DNA from: Planctomycetota bacterium
Lineage (GTDB): Bacteria; Planctomycetota; GCA-002687715; CAIWVZ01
Assembly (NCBI GenBank): GCA_044222185.1
Contig: JBGANV010000001.1
Span: 1,760,001 to 1,824,000, forward strand
DNA: 64,000 nt
Reading direction: 5' to 3'
The notes below the pieces were generated by a model that ran no database searches, was not told the origin of the DNA, and worked only from the letters and a program-made list of their open reading frames with translations. Positions 47,767 through 58,259 of this stretch are shown piece by piece. A program made the translations under genes and the position numbers. Every line of letters begins with the position of its first letter. Within the stretch, counting starts at the first letter, position 1.

Positions 47767-49246
47767 GACGCCGCCCGCCGCGCCGGCCGCGAACGCTCAC
47801 ACGCCGTTGCGGGACGCGCGGGTCCGCGCGGTGCTCGCGGACGGGGGCTGGGCATTGGCCATCATCGTCGGCGCGGCGCTCGCGCTGAGGATCTTCCAGC
47901 TCGGCACGCAACTTTGGCTCGATGAAGTGCTCATGCTCGGCGAGCTCGTACGCAAGCCGTTCGGCGAGATGATCACGAGCTATCGCACGGACAACCAGCA
48001 CCCGCTGTACACGGCCCTCGCCTGGGTTTCGGTCCGGATGTTCGGCGAAGCGGCGTGGGCTCTCCGCCTGCCTGCGGCCCTCTTTGGGACCGCAGCCGTC
48101 GCCGCGTCGTTCGTGTTCGTCAGGCGCGTCGCCGACCGAGGCATCGCGCTGCTGGTCGCCGCCGTGATGGCGGTCTGGTACCACCAGATCTGGTTCAGCC
48201 AGAACGCCCGCGCGTACACGGCGCTCCTCTTCTTCGCGCTGCTGTCGGTGGGCCGCTGGCGCGATCTCTGGCGTGGGGATCGGGGCGCCCTCCCCTGGTA
48301 CGCGGCGTGGACGGCTCTCGCCGCGTACTCGCACCTGACGGGGGCGTTCCTGGCCGTCGGCGCCTTGCTCGCATGGGTCGTCGGCCGCGTGCGAGCGAGA
48401 ACCGGGTGGCTGCCGCTGGCCGGCATCGTCCTCGCGGGCGCGGGCGCGCTCGCGCTGCACGGCCCCATGCTCGGCGAGATGTGGCATTTCTTCGCCGGGC
48501 GGCCGGACCGCGTCGCCAAGGCTTCCGAGTGGAAGAGCCCGCTGTGGACCCTCACGACCCTCGTGCAGGGACTCGGCGCGCGGTCACTCGCCCTGGCAGC
48601 CGTTCCCGGACTCATCGCGGTCGTGGCACTTCTGCACGGGATGCGCCGCGTGGCGCGGCGTGATCCCGGGACGGTGCTCGCCATGATCCTTCCCGGCGTC
48701 GTCGGCGCCGCCGTCACGCTCGGGCTCGGTCGGCACCTGTGGCCTCGGTTCTTCGTGTTCCAATCGACGTTCGTCCTCTGGCTGGGGCTCGAAGGCGTGA
48801 GGCCAGCATTCGAAGCGATCGTCGGGAGGATCGCGGGCGCCGGTGCCCGTGCGTCGTGGATCAAGACGACAGCGGCGACACTCGTCGTCGTCGCGGGCCT
48901 GGTCACCGCGCGGAACGTCTACGAGACCAAGCAGGACTTCGAGAGCCCGCGCGAGTACGTGCGCTCCCACCGTGCCCCCGACGAACCCGTGTTCACGGCG
49001 GGGCTCGCAACCTGGCCGTATCAGTACCTCTACGCGCCCGAGTTCGAGCCTGTCCAAGACGCCGCCGAGTTCGAACCCGCGCTCGGTCGGCCTTCACGCG
49101 CGTGGCTGATCTACGCCTCCGAGATCTTCATGAAGGCGAATCGGCCGGCCGTGTGGGAGGTCGTCGCATCCCGCTTCGAGGTCGTGCAGCGCTGGCCCAG
49201 CTCGCTTGGCGAAGTCGTGCTGTGCCGCGAGAAGTCCGAGCGATGA
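47756..49246 (+). CDS. GT39/GT83 (PMT/ArnT-like) membrane glycosyltransferase
   Basis: LWLDE after TM1, HPLY, ALRLP, ARAY; about 11 TM segments and a soluble C-terminal domain. Confidence 0.85.
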   Translation: MTAETPPAAPAANAHTPLRDARVRAVLADGGWALAIIVGAALALRIFQLGTQLWLDEVLMLGELVRKPFGEMITSYRTDNQHPLYTALAWVSVRMFGEAAWALRLPAALFGTAAVAASFVFVRRVADRGIALLVAAVMAVWYHQIWFSQNARAYTALLFFALLSVGRWRDLWRGDRGALPWYAAWTALAAYSHLTGAFLAVGALLAWVVGRVRARTGWLPLAGIVLAGAGALALHGPMLGEMWHFFAGRPDRVAKASEWKSPLWTLTTLVQGLGARSLALAAVPGLIAVVALLHGMRRVARRDPGTVLAMILPGVVGAAVTLGLGRHLWPRFFVFQSTFVLWLGLEGVRPAFEAIVGRIAGAGARASWIKTTAATLVVVAGLVTARNVYETKQDFESPREYVRSHRAPDEPVFTAGLATWPYQYLYAPEFEPVQDAAEFEPALGRPSRAWLIYASEIFMKANRPAVWEVVASRFEVVQRWPSSLGEVVLCREKSER

Positions 49247-49255
49247 CCCGCCGAC

Positions 49256-50323
49256 TCACGACTCCTTCGCGAGAGTCCGGAGGATCGCTGCGGCGCACTG
49301 ATCGAGCGGGACGACTTCTTCCGCGCCGCCAAGGGCGATCGCTTCCTTCGGCATCCCGAACACGACGCAGCTCGCCTCGTCCTGGGCGAAGGTGTGAGCC
49401 CCGGCCTTGCGCATCGCGAGTAGCCCCTTCGCGCCGTCGTTTCCCATCCCGGTGAGGATCGCGCCCACGGCGTTGCGCCCGAGGAACTGCGCGCACGAAT
49501 CGAAGAGCACGTCCACGGACGGGCGGTGGTGATTCACTGGCGCGCCCTCGAAGACGCGCACCGAATAGTGGGCACCGCTGCGCTCGACGGCCATGTGGAA
49601 GTTGCCCGGCGCGATCAACGCCTGGCCGGGAATGATGCGATCCCCGTTCGCCGCCTCCCGGACACGGATCTTGCACAGCCCGTCCAGTCGTTCGGCAAAC
49701 CACTTGGTGAACTTCTCGGGCATGTGCTGGACGATGACGATGCCGGGGCAGTCTGCCGGAACGCGCGTGAGGACCTCGCGGAGGGCTTCCGTCCCACCGG
49801 TCGAGGCGCCGATGGCGATGACCTTGTCGGTGCTTCGGATGAGCGCGCCCGACGGCGCCGGCGCGGACGGCGCCACATCACCGACGGTGCGAACGATCGA
49901 CGGTCGCGAGCGCGGCCGAAGCCGAGCCGTCGCTGCACTCTTCACCTTGGCGACGATCTCTCCCGCCAGGTCCACGGTGCCGGCGCGAACGTCGATCTTC
50001 GGTTTCGTGACGAAGTCGACGGCGCCGAGCTCCAACGCGCGCAGCGTCGTCTCGCACGAGCGCTCCGTGAGCGAAGAAATCATGACGACCGGCATGGGAT
50101 AGGCGCGCATGAGCTTCTCGAGGAAGCTCAAACCGTCCATGCGTGGCATCTCCACGTCCAGCGTCAGCACGTCGGGCTTCAGCTGCCGGATCTTGTCGAC
50201 GGCCGCCACCGGATCGGGGGCCGACCCCACGACTTCGAGATCCGAATCGCGCGCCAGGATGTCCGTCAGGAGCTGGCGAACCAGGGCCGAGTCGTCGATG
50301 ACCAGAACTTTCGTCTTCGCCAT
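49256..50323 (-). CDS. cheB: chemotaxis methylesterase with REC domain
   Basis: REC (IDDS, LDVEMP, KP); [25 protein letters not shown]. Confidence 0.97.
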   Translation of the reverse strand: MAKTKVLVIDDSALVRQLLTDILARDSDLEVVGSAPDPVAAVDKIRQLKPDVLTLDVEMPRMDGLSFLEKLMRAYPMPVVMISSLTERSCETTLRALELGAVDFVTKPKIDVRAGTVDLAGEIVAKVKSAATARLRPRSRPSIVRTVGDVAPSAPAPSGALIRSTDKVIAIGASTGGTEALREVLTRVPADCPGIVIVQHMPEKFTKWFAERLDGLCKIRVREAANGDRIIPGQALIAPGNFHMAVERSGAHYSVRVFEGAPVNHHRPSVDVLFDSCAQFLGRNAVGAILTGMGNDGAKGLLAMRKAGAHTFAQDEASCVVFGMPKEAIALGGAEEVVPLDQCAAAILRTLAKES

Positions 50324-50348
50324 GTTCGGGAATCCGTTCGGTTTCGAC

Positions 50349-52121
50349 TCAAGGCAGATGGACTTCGGGGTCCCTCTGCCACTGGAATTCGGCCACGACC
50401 TCGTTGCCCGCACCACGGAAGGCCACGCTGCGGCAGATGGATGCCACGAGCGCGATCCCTCGCCCGCTGGGCGCCGTGAGCGAACACTCGGCGATCGCCT
50501 TCAGGGACGAGTAGTCGAATCCCTTGCCGCTGTCCTTGATGGAGATGGTGAGCAGGCCGCCGCCCTCGACCGTGACGTGATCGAGCTTGATCTTGACGCT
50601 CCCGGACTTGAGCTTGGCGAGCGCCGCCGCGCGAGCGGTGAAGTACTTCTCGAACCCATCGGGTTCGCCCTTCAGGTTCGAACTGAGCCCGAGGACCCCG
50701 TGATCGATCGCGTTGCTGACGAGCTCGGCGAGTACGAGGAACAGGGTCTCCTTCTGCCCCTCGAATCCCTGGAGGTCCGTCACGAGACGGCCCAGCAAAG
50801 GGAGAGGGTCCGTGGACTGGATCGCGTCTGCGTGGAGCTCGAGCTCCACGGTCCAGTGCGTTGACGGCCGCACACCCGGACCGAGCCCACGCGGCGAGCG
50901 ACGCTTGCCTTGGATGGCCGCGTCTGCTCGAAGCTCGATCAGGGTCTGATCGTCCGCCTGGGCCTGGCTCTCGCCGAATGCCGTCACGGCTTCGATCAGG
51001 GCCTCGAAGGCCCGCTCCGGGTCCTCCTGCGCAGTGAGGATGGCAGCGATGCGATCCATCCCGAACATCTCTCCCGCGCGATTCGACGCCTCCGGAAGGC
51101 CGTCCGAGAAGAAGTAGATCCGATCACCGTCCTTGATGCTGACGGTTTCGGTTTCGAGGTTCAGCGCCGTGTCGTCCAGGATGCCGAGCGGCGGCTGGAG
51201 CGATCGGAAACTTGCGACGGCCCCCGCCCTCGGACGAACGATCATTCCGTCGGGCACACCGGCATTCAGCACGGTGAGCGCGCCGCCCACCGCGTCCAAC
51301 TCGATCAGGCATGCAGCGAGGAACAGGCCGGCGGGCATGACCGCCTTCAGCCTGCGGTTGATCTCGCGCGCGATGTCGAGGATCGAGAAGCCGCGCTCCG
51401 TCATGCTGTAGAAGATCTCGGCGACTGACAGCGTGCCCGTCGCGGCCGGCAACCCGTGACCGGCGAAGTCCCCGATGAGAGCGTTCTGCGCACCGTTGGG
51501 ACGCCAGGCTGCCAGGAGGAGGTCTCCGTGAAACACCTCCGCGGGCGCCAGCAGGTACTTGATGTTGGGGGCGTCCAGGTTCCCCGTGCGTACGAGTCGT
51601 TTGAACAGGTCGCGAGCAACCTCCTGCTCGCGGCGGACACGCGCGCCGTGTCGGTTGAGTTCGTCGTTCTGCGCGATGATCCGGTCGTTCAGCCGGCTGA
51701 TCCGGACCATGGCAGCCATCTTCGCCTCGAGCACCGTCGGGCGGAGCGGCTTCGAGAGGAAGTCGTCTCCCCCGGCTTCGACGCACTTGGCGATGCGCGC
51801 ATCGCTGAGCGTGTTCGTCACGAAGATGATCGGCACGAACCGAGCGCCGGAGATCGCCTTGATGCGCCGGGCGGACTCGAACCCGTCCATGACGGGCATT
51901 TCGCAATCCAGGATCACGCAGTCCGGCTGGTGGAGCTGGTAGAGGACCACCGCCTCCGCGCCGTTCTTGCTCTCCACGACGTCGCAGTTCTGCGAACGGA
52001 GCATGGCCACGAGGATCATGCGATCCGCGCGGTCATCCTCGGCGATGACGACCTTCAGGCGCTTGCGGGGCGCCGCCCTCACGAGGTCGCACGTCCCGGG
52101 AATCGTCGCAGTCCCGCTCAT
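50349..52121 (-). CDS. REC-PP2C(SpoIIE)-anti-sigma kinase fusion (HsbR-like)
   Basis: REC (AEDD, LDCEMP, KP); PP2C GDFAGHG, SDG, DDQT; kinase [20 protein letters not shown]. Confidence 0.92.
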   Translation of the reverse strand: MSGTATIPGTCDLVRAAPRKRLKVVIAEDDRADRMILVAMLRSQNCDVVESKNGAEAVVLYQLHQPDCVILDCEMPVMDGFESARRIKAISGARFVPIIFVTNTLSDARIAKCVEAGGDDFLSKPLRPTVLEAKMAAMVRISRLNDRIIAQNDELNRHGARVRREQEVARDLFKRLVRTGNLDAPNIKYLLAPAEVFHGDLLLAAWRPNGAQNALIGDFAGHGLPAATGTLSVAEIFYSMTERGFSILDIAREINRRLKAVMPAGLFLAACLIELDAVGGALTVLNAGVPDGMIVRPRAGAVASFRSLQPPLGILDDTALNLETETVSIKDGDRIYFFSDGLPEASNRAGEMFGMDRIAAILTAQEDPERAFEALIEAVTAFGESQAQADDQTLIELRADAAIQGKRRSPRGLGPGVRPSTHWTVELELHADAIQSTDPLPLLGRLVTDLQGFEGQKETLFLVLAELVSNAIDHGVLGLSSNLKGEPDGFEKYFTARAAALAKLKSGSVKIKLDHVTVEGGGLLTISIKDSGKGFDYSSLKAIAECSLTAPSGRGIALVASICRSVAFRGAGNEVVAEFQWQRDPEVHLP

Positions 52122-52134
52122 GGGAGCGTCGCCC

Positions 52135-52440
52135 TCAGGCGATCTTGAAGAGCTTCTGGAAGTTGGCGACGTTCAAGATCTTCGCCACGTTGGGCTTCGC
52201 CCGGGCGAGCGTGACGTCAGCACCGTCACCGCCCGCATCCTGCTTGAGAAGCAAGAGCATGCCGAGCGCTGAGCTGTCCATGTACTCGGTCCGTGACAGG
52301 TCGACGACGACCCGGCGCGGCTTCGGCTGAACGTCGGCGTACGCGTGGCGGAATTCGTTGTGGACGCTGAAATCGAATCGACCTTCGACTCCGATCGTGA
52401 TCACGCCGCCGTCCGGCGACACCGTTGCACTGATAGCCAT
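52135..52440 (-). CDS. STAS anti-anti-sigma factor (HsbA-like)
   Basis: GRFDF, VVDL, YMDSSALGMLL. Confidence 0.92.
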   Translation of the reverse strand: MAISATVSPDGGVITIGVEGRFDFSVHNEFRHAYADVQPKPRRVVVDLSRTEYMDSSALGMLLLLKQDAGGDGADVTLARAKPNVAKILNVANFQKLFKIA

Positions 52441-52473
52441 GGCCTTCTCTTCGTCCGATTCGGGGTTTGCGGA

Positions 52474-54114
52474 TCAGAACAATGTGACGTTGTCCGCCGG
52501 CGCGGCCTCGGCAGGCTTGGCCGCCACGTGGCAGTACTCCGACTCCTGCGCGAGGACCGACGTGAGGTTGACCGCACCGCGAGCTGCGACCTGGGCGCGG
52601 CCCGTGTGCGTGTAGAAGCGCACTTCGAGGGGGAACGTTCCCCCGAGTTTCTCGCTGTGGATCGGGATCTTCTCGGTCGACAGGAACTGTTTGATGAACT
52701 CGGCGTTCTTCTCACCGACCTTCGAAGACATGACTTTTGCGTCGATGACGTGAGCGCCGCCGAACACCTTGGCGACGAAGCGGCGCCGATCGCCGCCGAG
52801 TTTCATGATCTCGTTGATGAGGACTTCCATCGCGTTGATCCCGAAACGCGTCGGCATGCCGTAGTCGTCGCCGCCATCCGGTAGGAGGAAGTGATTCATG
52901 CCTCCGACCTTCTTCTCGGGATCGAACAGGCACGCAGCGATGCAGGACCCCAGCAGCGTCTTCACGACTGCCGGCTCCCGACTCGCAAAGACGCCGCCAA
53001 TCTCGATGCGCTTCTCGAGGATCTTCGGCTCGGTCGGCGTCGCCAAAGGACGGTTGGCCAGGCTCGCCAACGTGGGCAGCGGCGCCCCCGCTCGCGGGCT
53101 CGCCGGGACCGTGGGCGCCGGGCGGGACGCGGGCTTGTCCGCGCGGCGCTCCAGGCCTGGCGGGCGCTTCAACGCGGCCGGAGCCTGCGGAGCCACCTCC
53201 GGTCCCGCGCCGTCAGTCGGCGTCCGCGAGTAGATCGTCGGGCCCGCCGGCTTGTAGAGCTCCGGCATCCAGTGGAGCGTTTCCGAGTGCCCGATGATCA
53301 GGAACCCCGTGGGGTCGAGGAGCGTCGAGAACCGTTTGAAGAGGGTCTCCTGCGTGGGCCGGTCGAAATAGATGACGACGTTGCGGCAGAAGATCAGGTC
53401 GAACGGACCGCGGACGGGCCACGTCGGCGCGATCAGGTTTGCCTGGCGGAAGGTGATCAGGCGCTTCACCTCGGGGCGGATCTTGAACAGCCCGTCGGAC
53501 TTGCCGGTCCCGCGAAGGAGGTACTTCGCCTGCAGCGCCTGCGGGATCTCGGCGATCGTCTCGGCCGGATAGACGCCGGCCTCGGCCTTCGCGAGCACCT
53601 CGGTGTCGATGTCCGTGGCGACGATGCTCACGTCCCAGCCACGCGTCGCGTTCGCCTGCTCGAGCAGCGTCATGGCGAGCGTGTAGGGCTCTTGTCCGGT
53701 GGAGCACGCCGCGCTCCAGATCTGCAAACGCTTCGGACCACCGCTTCGCGCCCGCTCCGCGATCGCCGGGATCACCGTGTCCGCGACGAACTTGAAGTGA
53801 TGCGGCTCGCGGAAGAAGCCGGTCTTGTTCGTCGTGAGCGCGTTGATGAACTCGCGCATCTCCGCCGAGTCCGTCGCCTGCTTCTCGAGCAACCGGTGGT
53901 AGGCCCCGTAGGTATCCACGCCGTTCTCGCGGAGTCGCGAGCGAAGTCGCGACGCCACCAGCACCTGCTTGGCGTCGGGCAGAGAAATCCCGAAGACGCG
54001 GTAGGCCAACGCACGAAGGGCCACGAACTCCTCGTAGTGCAGGGCCGGCCCACCGCCGAACTCGACGGTCGCACCAGGCTGCGCACTCTGCTTGTCGTCG
54101 CCACTCACGTCCAC
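52474..54114 (-). CDS. CheR-CheD fusion protein
   Basis: CheR: TTNKTGFFRE, WSAACSTGQEPY, DLIFCRNVVIYF, GHSE. Pro/Ala linker. CheD: TLLGSCIA, GGMNHFLLP, AKVFGGA, VGEKN. Confidence 0.93.
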   Translation of the reverse strand: MDVSGDDKQSAQPGATVEFGGGPALHYEEFVALRALAYRVFGISLPDAKQVLVASRLRSRLRENGVDTYGAYHRLLEKQATDSAEMREFINALTTNKTGFFREPHHFKFVADTVIPAIAERARSGGPKRLQIWSAACSTGQEPYTLAMTLLEQANATRGWDVSIVATDIDTEVLAKAEAGVYPAETIAEIPQALQAKYLLRGTGKSDGLFKIRPEVKRLITFRQANLIAPTWPVRGPFDLIFCRNVVIYFDRPTQETLFKRFSTLLDPTGFLIIGHSETLHWMPELYKPAGPTIYSRTPTDGAGPEVAPQAPAALKRPPGLERRADKPASRPAPTVPASPRAGAPLPTLASLANRPLATPTEPKILEKRIEIGGVFASREPAVVKTLLGSCIAACLFDPEKKVGGMNHFLLPDGGDDYGMPTRFGINAMEVLINEIMKLGGDRRRFVAKVFGGAHVIDAKVMSSKVGEKNAEFIKQFLSTEKIPIHSEKLGGTFPLEVRFYTHTGRAQVAARGAVNLTSVLAQESEYCHVAAKPAEAAPADNVTLF

Positions 54115-54182
54115 GTCCTCCCCAGCGTCACGATCCCGGAGTCTCTTCGATCTGCCGATGCCGCCGACGCGTCACCACTCCC

Positions 54183-55724
54183 TCAGCCCTGCGTGTCGAC
54201 CTTGAACTGGCCGACGAGCTGGTCGAGCTCCCGCGACTGCGTGGAGAGCGCCGATGCCGTGCCGGAGATCTCCTCCGCCTGGCTCGCGTTCGCCTGGGTG
54301 ATCTTGTCGATGTCGGAAACGGCATGGTTGATCTGGCCGACGCCCGTCGCCTGCTCCTTCGACGCTGCGGCGATCTCGGCGACGATGGCCGTGACGCGTT
54401 TGACGGCGTCCACGATCTCCGTGAGGGTCGACCCCGAGCGGTTGACCAATTCCGTGCCGGCTCCGATCTTGGAGACCGAATCCTGGATGAGTCCCTTGAT
54501 CTCGCGCGCCGCGCTCGCGCTTCGCTGCGCAAGACTGCGAACCTCGGCCGCCACAACGGCGAAACCCCGACCCTGCTCGCCGGCGCGCGCAGCTTCCACC
54601 GCCGCGTTCAACGCCAGGAGGTTCGTCTGGAACGCGATCTCGTCGATCGTCGTGATGATGTCGGCGATCTTCCGGGAGGACTGATTGATCTCGGACATGG
54701 CCGAGACCGCGCTGCCGACGACCGAGCCACCGGCTTCGGCGACCGTGCGGGCTCCGTCGGCGAGCTGGTTCGCCTGGCTGGCGCTGTCGGCATTCTTGCG
54801 AACGGTCTGCGTGAGCCGCTCGAGGTTCGCCGCGGTTTCCTCCAGTCCGGACGCCTGACGCTGGGCGCCGTCCGAGATCTGCGACGTTGCTGCCGAGAGT
54901 TCCGTTGCCGCGACGCCGACGCTTCTCGACGCGTTCCGCAGGTCGAGCATGATCTTGTGGAGGTGCGTCATGAAGACGTCGAACCACTTGCTCAACTCGC
55001 CGATCTCGTCGGTGCGTTGAAGCGCCAGGCGCTTCGTCAGATCCCCTTCGCCCTCGGCGATGTCTCGAAGCTGCTCGACGACGTGACTCAACGGACGGGT
55101 GATGCTGCGCGCCACGAAGTACGCGAGACCTGCGAGGATGGCAGCGGTTGCCGTCACGATGGTGAGCAGCAGGACGTTCGCATGATTCTGGACTTCGGCG
55201 GCGTGCTCGGACGCCTTCGTCGCGGACTTCTCGATCAGATCGCTGAGAGAACTCATCCGTCCCTCGAGGACTCCGAACGTCTCGAGGAACTTGGGAAGCT
55301 CCGCCTTGGCCGCATTGGCGTCGGAGACGGCGAGCTTGACGGTCTTCTCCGCGTGTGCGATGTAGGATTCGAGTTCGGGCTTGACCCCGTTCAGAGCCGA
55401 GTGGAGCTCGGCATCCAGCGGGAGTTTGGCGTTCTCCTCCAGCTCATCACGGAAGTGCCCGGCGTGCTCCGCGAGGTCCTTTGCCACGGCCTCGTGCTCC
55501 TCGGGAGACTGGGCGAGGATCGCGGCCAGCACGTCCGCGCGGAGCGCGTCGTGCATCATGTCGCTCTCCATGTGGTGCCGGATGGCCGATGTCGTCGTGT
55601 TCACGGCTTCCGTGCCATCGGCGACGGACTCGAGCCCCCACCACGAGGTGCCGCCCAGGACGAGCGCGAGCACCAGGCCGGACATCCCGATTCCGAATAG
55701 CTTCGTTCGAATCTTGAGCTGCAT
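54183..55724 (-). CDS. methyl-accepting chemotaxis protein (TM-four-helix sensor-TM-HAMP-MA)
   Basis: [11 protein letters not shown] sensor motif; GDLT...DEIG HAMP; [26 protein letters not shown]. Confidence 0.96.
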   Translation of the reverse strand: MQLKIRTKLFGIGMSGLVLALVLGGTSWWGLESVADGTEAVNTTTSAIRHHMESDMMHDALRADVLAAILAQSPEEHEAVAKDLAEHAGHFRDELEENAKLPLDAELHSALNGVKPELESYIAHAEKTVKLAVSDANAAKAELPKFLETFGVLEGRMSSLSDLIEKSATKASEHAAEVQNHANVLLLTIVTATAAILAGLAYFVARSITRPLSHVVEQLRDIAEGEGDLTKRLALQRTDEIGELSKWFDVFMTHLHKIMLDLRNASRSVGVAATELSAATSQISDGAQRQASGLEETAANLERLTQTVRKNADSASQANQLADGARTVAEAGGSVVGSAVSAMSEINQSSRKIADIITTIDEIAFQTNLLALNAAVEAARAGEQGRGFAVVAAEVRSLAQRSASAAREIKGLIQDSVSKIGAGTELVNRSGSTLTEIVDAVKRVTAIVAEIAAASKEQATGVGQINHAVSDIDKITQANASQAEEISGTASALSTQSRELDQLVGQFKVDTQG

Positions 55725-55773
55725 ATCACCCTCGTATCGACCTGCGATCCCAAACCATGAGTCTCATCCTTTG

Positions 55774-55801
55774 CGAGCCGCCCGTCGCGTGGGGCGGCTC
55801 G
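55774..55801. other. intergenic perfect 10-bp hairpin between the two MCP genes
   Basis: CGAGCCGCCC / GGGCGGCTCG with 8-nt loop; no U-tract in the transcribed direction. Confidence 0.55.
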
Positions 55802-55842
55802 GCGGTTCGACGGACTCGATGACCCTGCCCGCTCGACTCGAC

Positions 55843-57693
55843 TCAGAAGTCCTCGAACGTCAGATCCGACGGGTTGCTCGTCGAATCGCCCTGCATGTCG
55901 CGTCCGAGAGCCGCGAGTCCGGATTCGACCTGCGCTGCGTTGTCCTGGAACCTCGGCTTCGACGCCGGCACCGAAGACGCGGCGGCACGAGGTGCCTGGC
56001 TCGGAGCCTTCGCCGCGGCGTCTCGAGCCTTGGGCGACGGATTCACCGGGCGCGCCCTCGGCGCCTCGTGAGCCGGCGGCGGCGTTGGGGCGGCGCCGTC
56101 CAGGTCCACTCGGAACCGGGCGACGATCCCGCGGAGTTGCTCCGATTGCTGGGCGAGCGACTCTGCCGTCCCGGACATCTCCTCCGTCTGCGACGCGTTC
56201 GACTGCGTGACGCTGTCCATCTGCGAGACCGCGCGGTTCACCTGCTCGACGCCCGTCGCCTGCTCGCGCGATGCGGAGGCGATCTCCGAGATGATGTCCG
56301 TGACCCGCTTGACGGCCGTCACGATCTCGTTCAGCGTCGCGCCCGACTTGTTGACGAGCTCGGATCCGCCCTCGACCTTCTGGACGGAATCCTGGATGAG
56401 GCCTTTGATCTCCTTGGCCGCGGTCGCGCTGCGCTGCGCCAGGTTGCGGACCTCGGAAGCGACGACGGCGAACCCACGTCCCTGTTCACCGGCGCGCGCC
56501 GCCTCGACGGCGGCATTCAGCGCCAGCAGGTTCGTCTGGAACGCGATCTCGTCGATCGTCGTGATGATCTCTGCGATCTTCTTCGATGCCGTGTTGATCT
56601 CGCCCATGGCCGTGACGGCCTCGTTGACGACGCGCCCGCCGTTCTCGGCGACGTCGCGTGCTGCGCCGGCGAGCTGGCTCGCTTGCTGCGCGTTGTCGGC
56701 GTTTGCCTTCACGGTCGAGGTCATCTCTTCGAGCGTGGCGGCCGTCTGTTCCAGGCTCGACGCCTGTTCCTGGGCGCCAGCCGAGATCTGCGTGCTGGCC
56801 GCCGAGAGTTCACGCGACGCGGTCGCCACACCCTCTGCAGTGGACCGCACCTGGCAAAGCGTCGTGCGCATGGACGAAATGGCGTCGTTCAGTGCGCTCG
56901 ACATGCGACCGACCTCGTCCGTCGTCTTGATCTGAAGCGACGACGTGAAGTCGCCCTGTGCGACGTGCGACAGGACCTCCGCGGCGCGACCCAGAGGGCG
57001 GGCGATCTGCGTCGAGATCAGCGTCCCGAGAAGCAACCCGCCGATGATCATCAAGACGGTCGCGATGATGCTCGTCTGGATGGCGCCGCGTGCCTCGGCG
57101 CGGCCGTCCTCGTTCATGTCGCTCGCGACCGCACCGACGGTCGTGACCAGTTCCTCGAGACTCGAGGCGGCGACCTCCAGGGCCGCCCGCGTCGAGACGA
57201 TGCCCTTGTGAACGCCGGCCTCGACGGCTTGATGCTCCTCGGGAGTCGTGGCCGTCCAACGCTGCGCGGTCTTCGCCGCGACGTTCGCCCCCTGCTCGAA
57301 GTAGCTGGCGACCGCCTTGCGAACGGACTCCAGGTCGTGTGTCTCGCTGCGGCCGGAACGCGAGACACGCAGAACGGTCGCGGCGTAGGCATCGAGCGAC
57401 GCGGTCACCGCCTTGCGGATCTGCTCCTGGGCCGCGACCGCCTTGTCGCAGCCGGCGCGGTCCGTGGACTCGGCCACCACCTCCGTGGCGTCCACGAAAT
57501 GCGCGAGGTTCGCGGCCGCCTTCGCCAGGTCGTTGCTCGCGACGGTGTAGTCTTCGTACACGACCCGGAGTGACTCCTGGACGTGAAGAATGTCGATGCA
57601 CGTGACCGCACCGCCCACCGCGGCGATCACGCAGACCGACGCGAACGACAGCATCAACTTCGCTTTGGTGTTGAGATTCCAGAACCAGCTCAT
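55843..57693 (-). CDS. methyl-accepting chemotaxis protein with C-terminal pentapeptide
   Basis: Two TMs, four-helix sensor, HAMP, MA hairpin; flexible tail ending TFEDF. Confidence 0.96.
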   Translation of the reverse strand: MSWFWNLNTKAKLMLSFASVCVIAAVGGAVTCIDILHVQESLRVVYEDYTVASNDLAKAAANLAHFVDATEVVAESTDRAGCDKAVAAQEQIRKAVTASLDAYAATVLRVSRSGRSETHDLESVRKAVASYFEQGANVAAKTAQRWTATTPEEHQAVEAGVHKGIVSTRAALEVAASSLEELVTTVGAVASDMNEDGRAEARGAIQTSIIATVLMIIGGLLLGTLISTQIARPLGRAAEVLSHVAQGDFTSSLQIKTTDEVGRMSSALNDAISSMRTTLCQVRSTAEGVATASRELSAASTQISAGAQEQASSLEQTAATLEEMTSTVKANADNAQQASQLAGAARDVAENGGRVVNEAVTAMGEINTASKKIAEIITTIDEIAFQTNLLALNAAVEAARAGEQGRGFAVVASEVRNLAQRSATAAKEIKGLIQDSVQKVEGGSELVNKSGATLNEIVTAVKRVTDIISEIASASREQATGVEQVNRAVSQMDSVTQSNASQTEEMSGTAESLAQQSEQLRGIVARFRVDLDGAAPTPPPAHEAPRARPVNPSPKARDAAAKAPSQAPRAAASSVPASKPRFQDNAAQVESGLAALGRDMQGDSTSNPSDLTFEDF

Positions 57694-57744
57694 TGCATCC
57701 AACCCTCTCGTCCTGACCGTTCTCTCATCGCCTCGGCGGCGCCA

Positions 57745-58245
57745 TCACTCCGCGGCCATTCCACTCGCCGGCAAGTCGATCCCGAGCCCCGCGACCTTGT
57801 CGATGTCGAGCAGCGCGATGAGACGATCGCCGGACTTGGCCAGTCCCCGCAGGAACGACACGTCAGCACCGCCCATCTCGGGCGCGGGGTCGATGTCGTT
57901 CGCCGGAACGTCCAGCACGTCGGACACCGCGTCGACGACCAACCCGGTGACCTTCGATCCGACGTTGACCACGATGATCACCGTGAATTGGTTGTAGTCC
58001 GCCTTCGCGAGCGCGAACTTCATTCGCAGGTCGAGGACCGGCACCACCGTCCCGCGGAGGTTCATCACCCCTTTGATGTGCGGCGGGGTATTGGGAATGG
58101 GGGTTATCGCGGAGAACCCTTTGATCTCCTGCACGCGCAGGATCTCGAGGCCGTATTCCTCGGACCCGAGCATGAAAGTGAGGTACTGGTTGATCGCCTC
58201 ATGACGATCGGCCACCTGCGTCACCAATTCCGTTGTCTGCTTCAC
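57745..58245 (-). CDS. cheW: chemotaxis coupling protein
   Basis: YLTF.LG.EEYG, VQEI, GVMNLRG, GLVVDAVSDV; GTG start inferred. Confidence 0.96.
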   Translation of the reverse strand: MKQTTELVTQVADRHEAINQYLTFMLGSEEYGLEILRVQEIKGFSAITPIPNTPPHIKGVMNLRGTVVPVLDLRMKFALAKADYNQFTVIIVVNVGSKVTGLVVDAVSDVLDVPANDIDPAPEMGGADVSFLRGLAKSGDRLIALLDIDKVAGLGIDLPASGMAAE

Positions 58246-58259
58246 GTTTCCATCCCCCC

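Noticed and set aside
55774-55801. Hairpin as an intrinsic terminator
   Set aside because: No U-tract follows on the transcribed minus strand; kept only as a hairpin.
54622-56568. Near-identical ~38-bp stretch in the two MCP genes
   Set aside because: Encodes the universally conserved hairpin ([13 protein letters not shown]); not a mobile or regulatory repeat.
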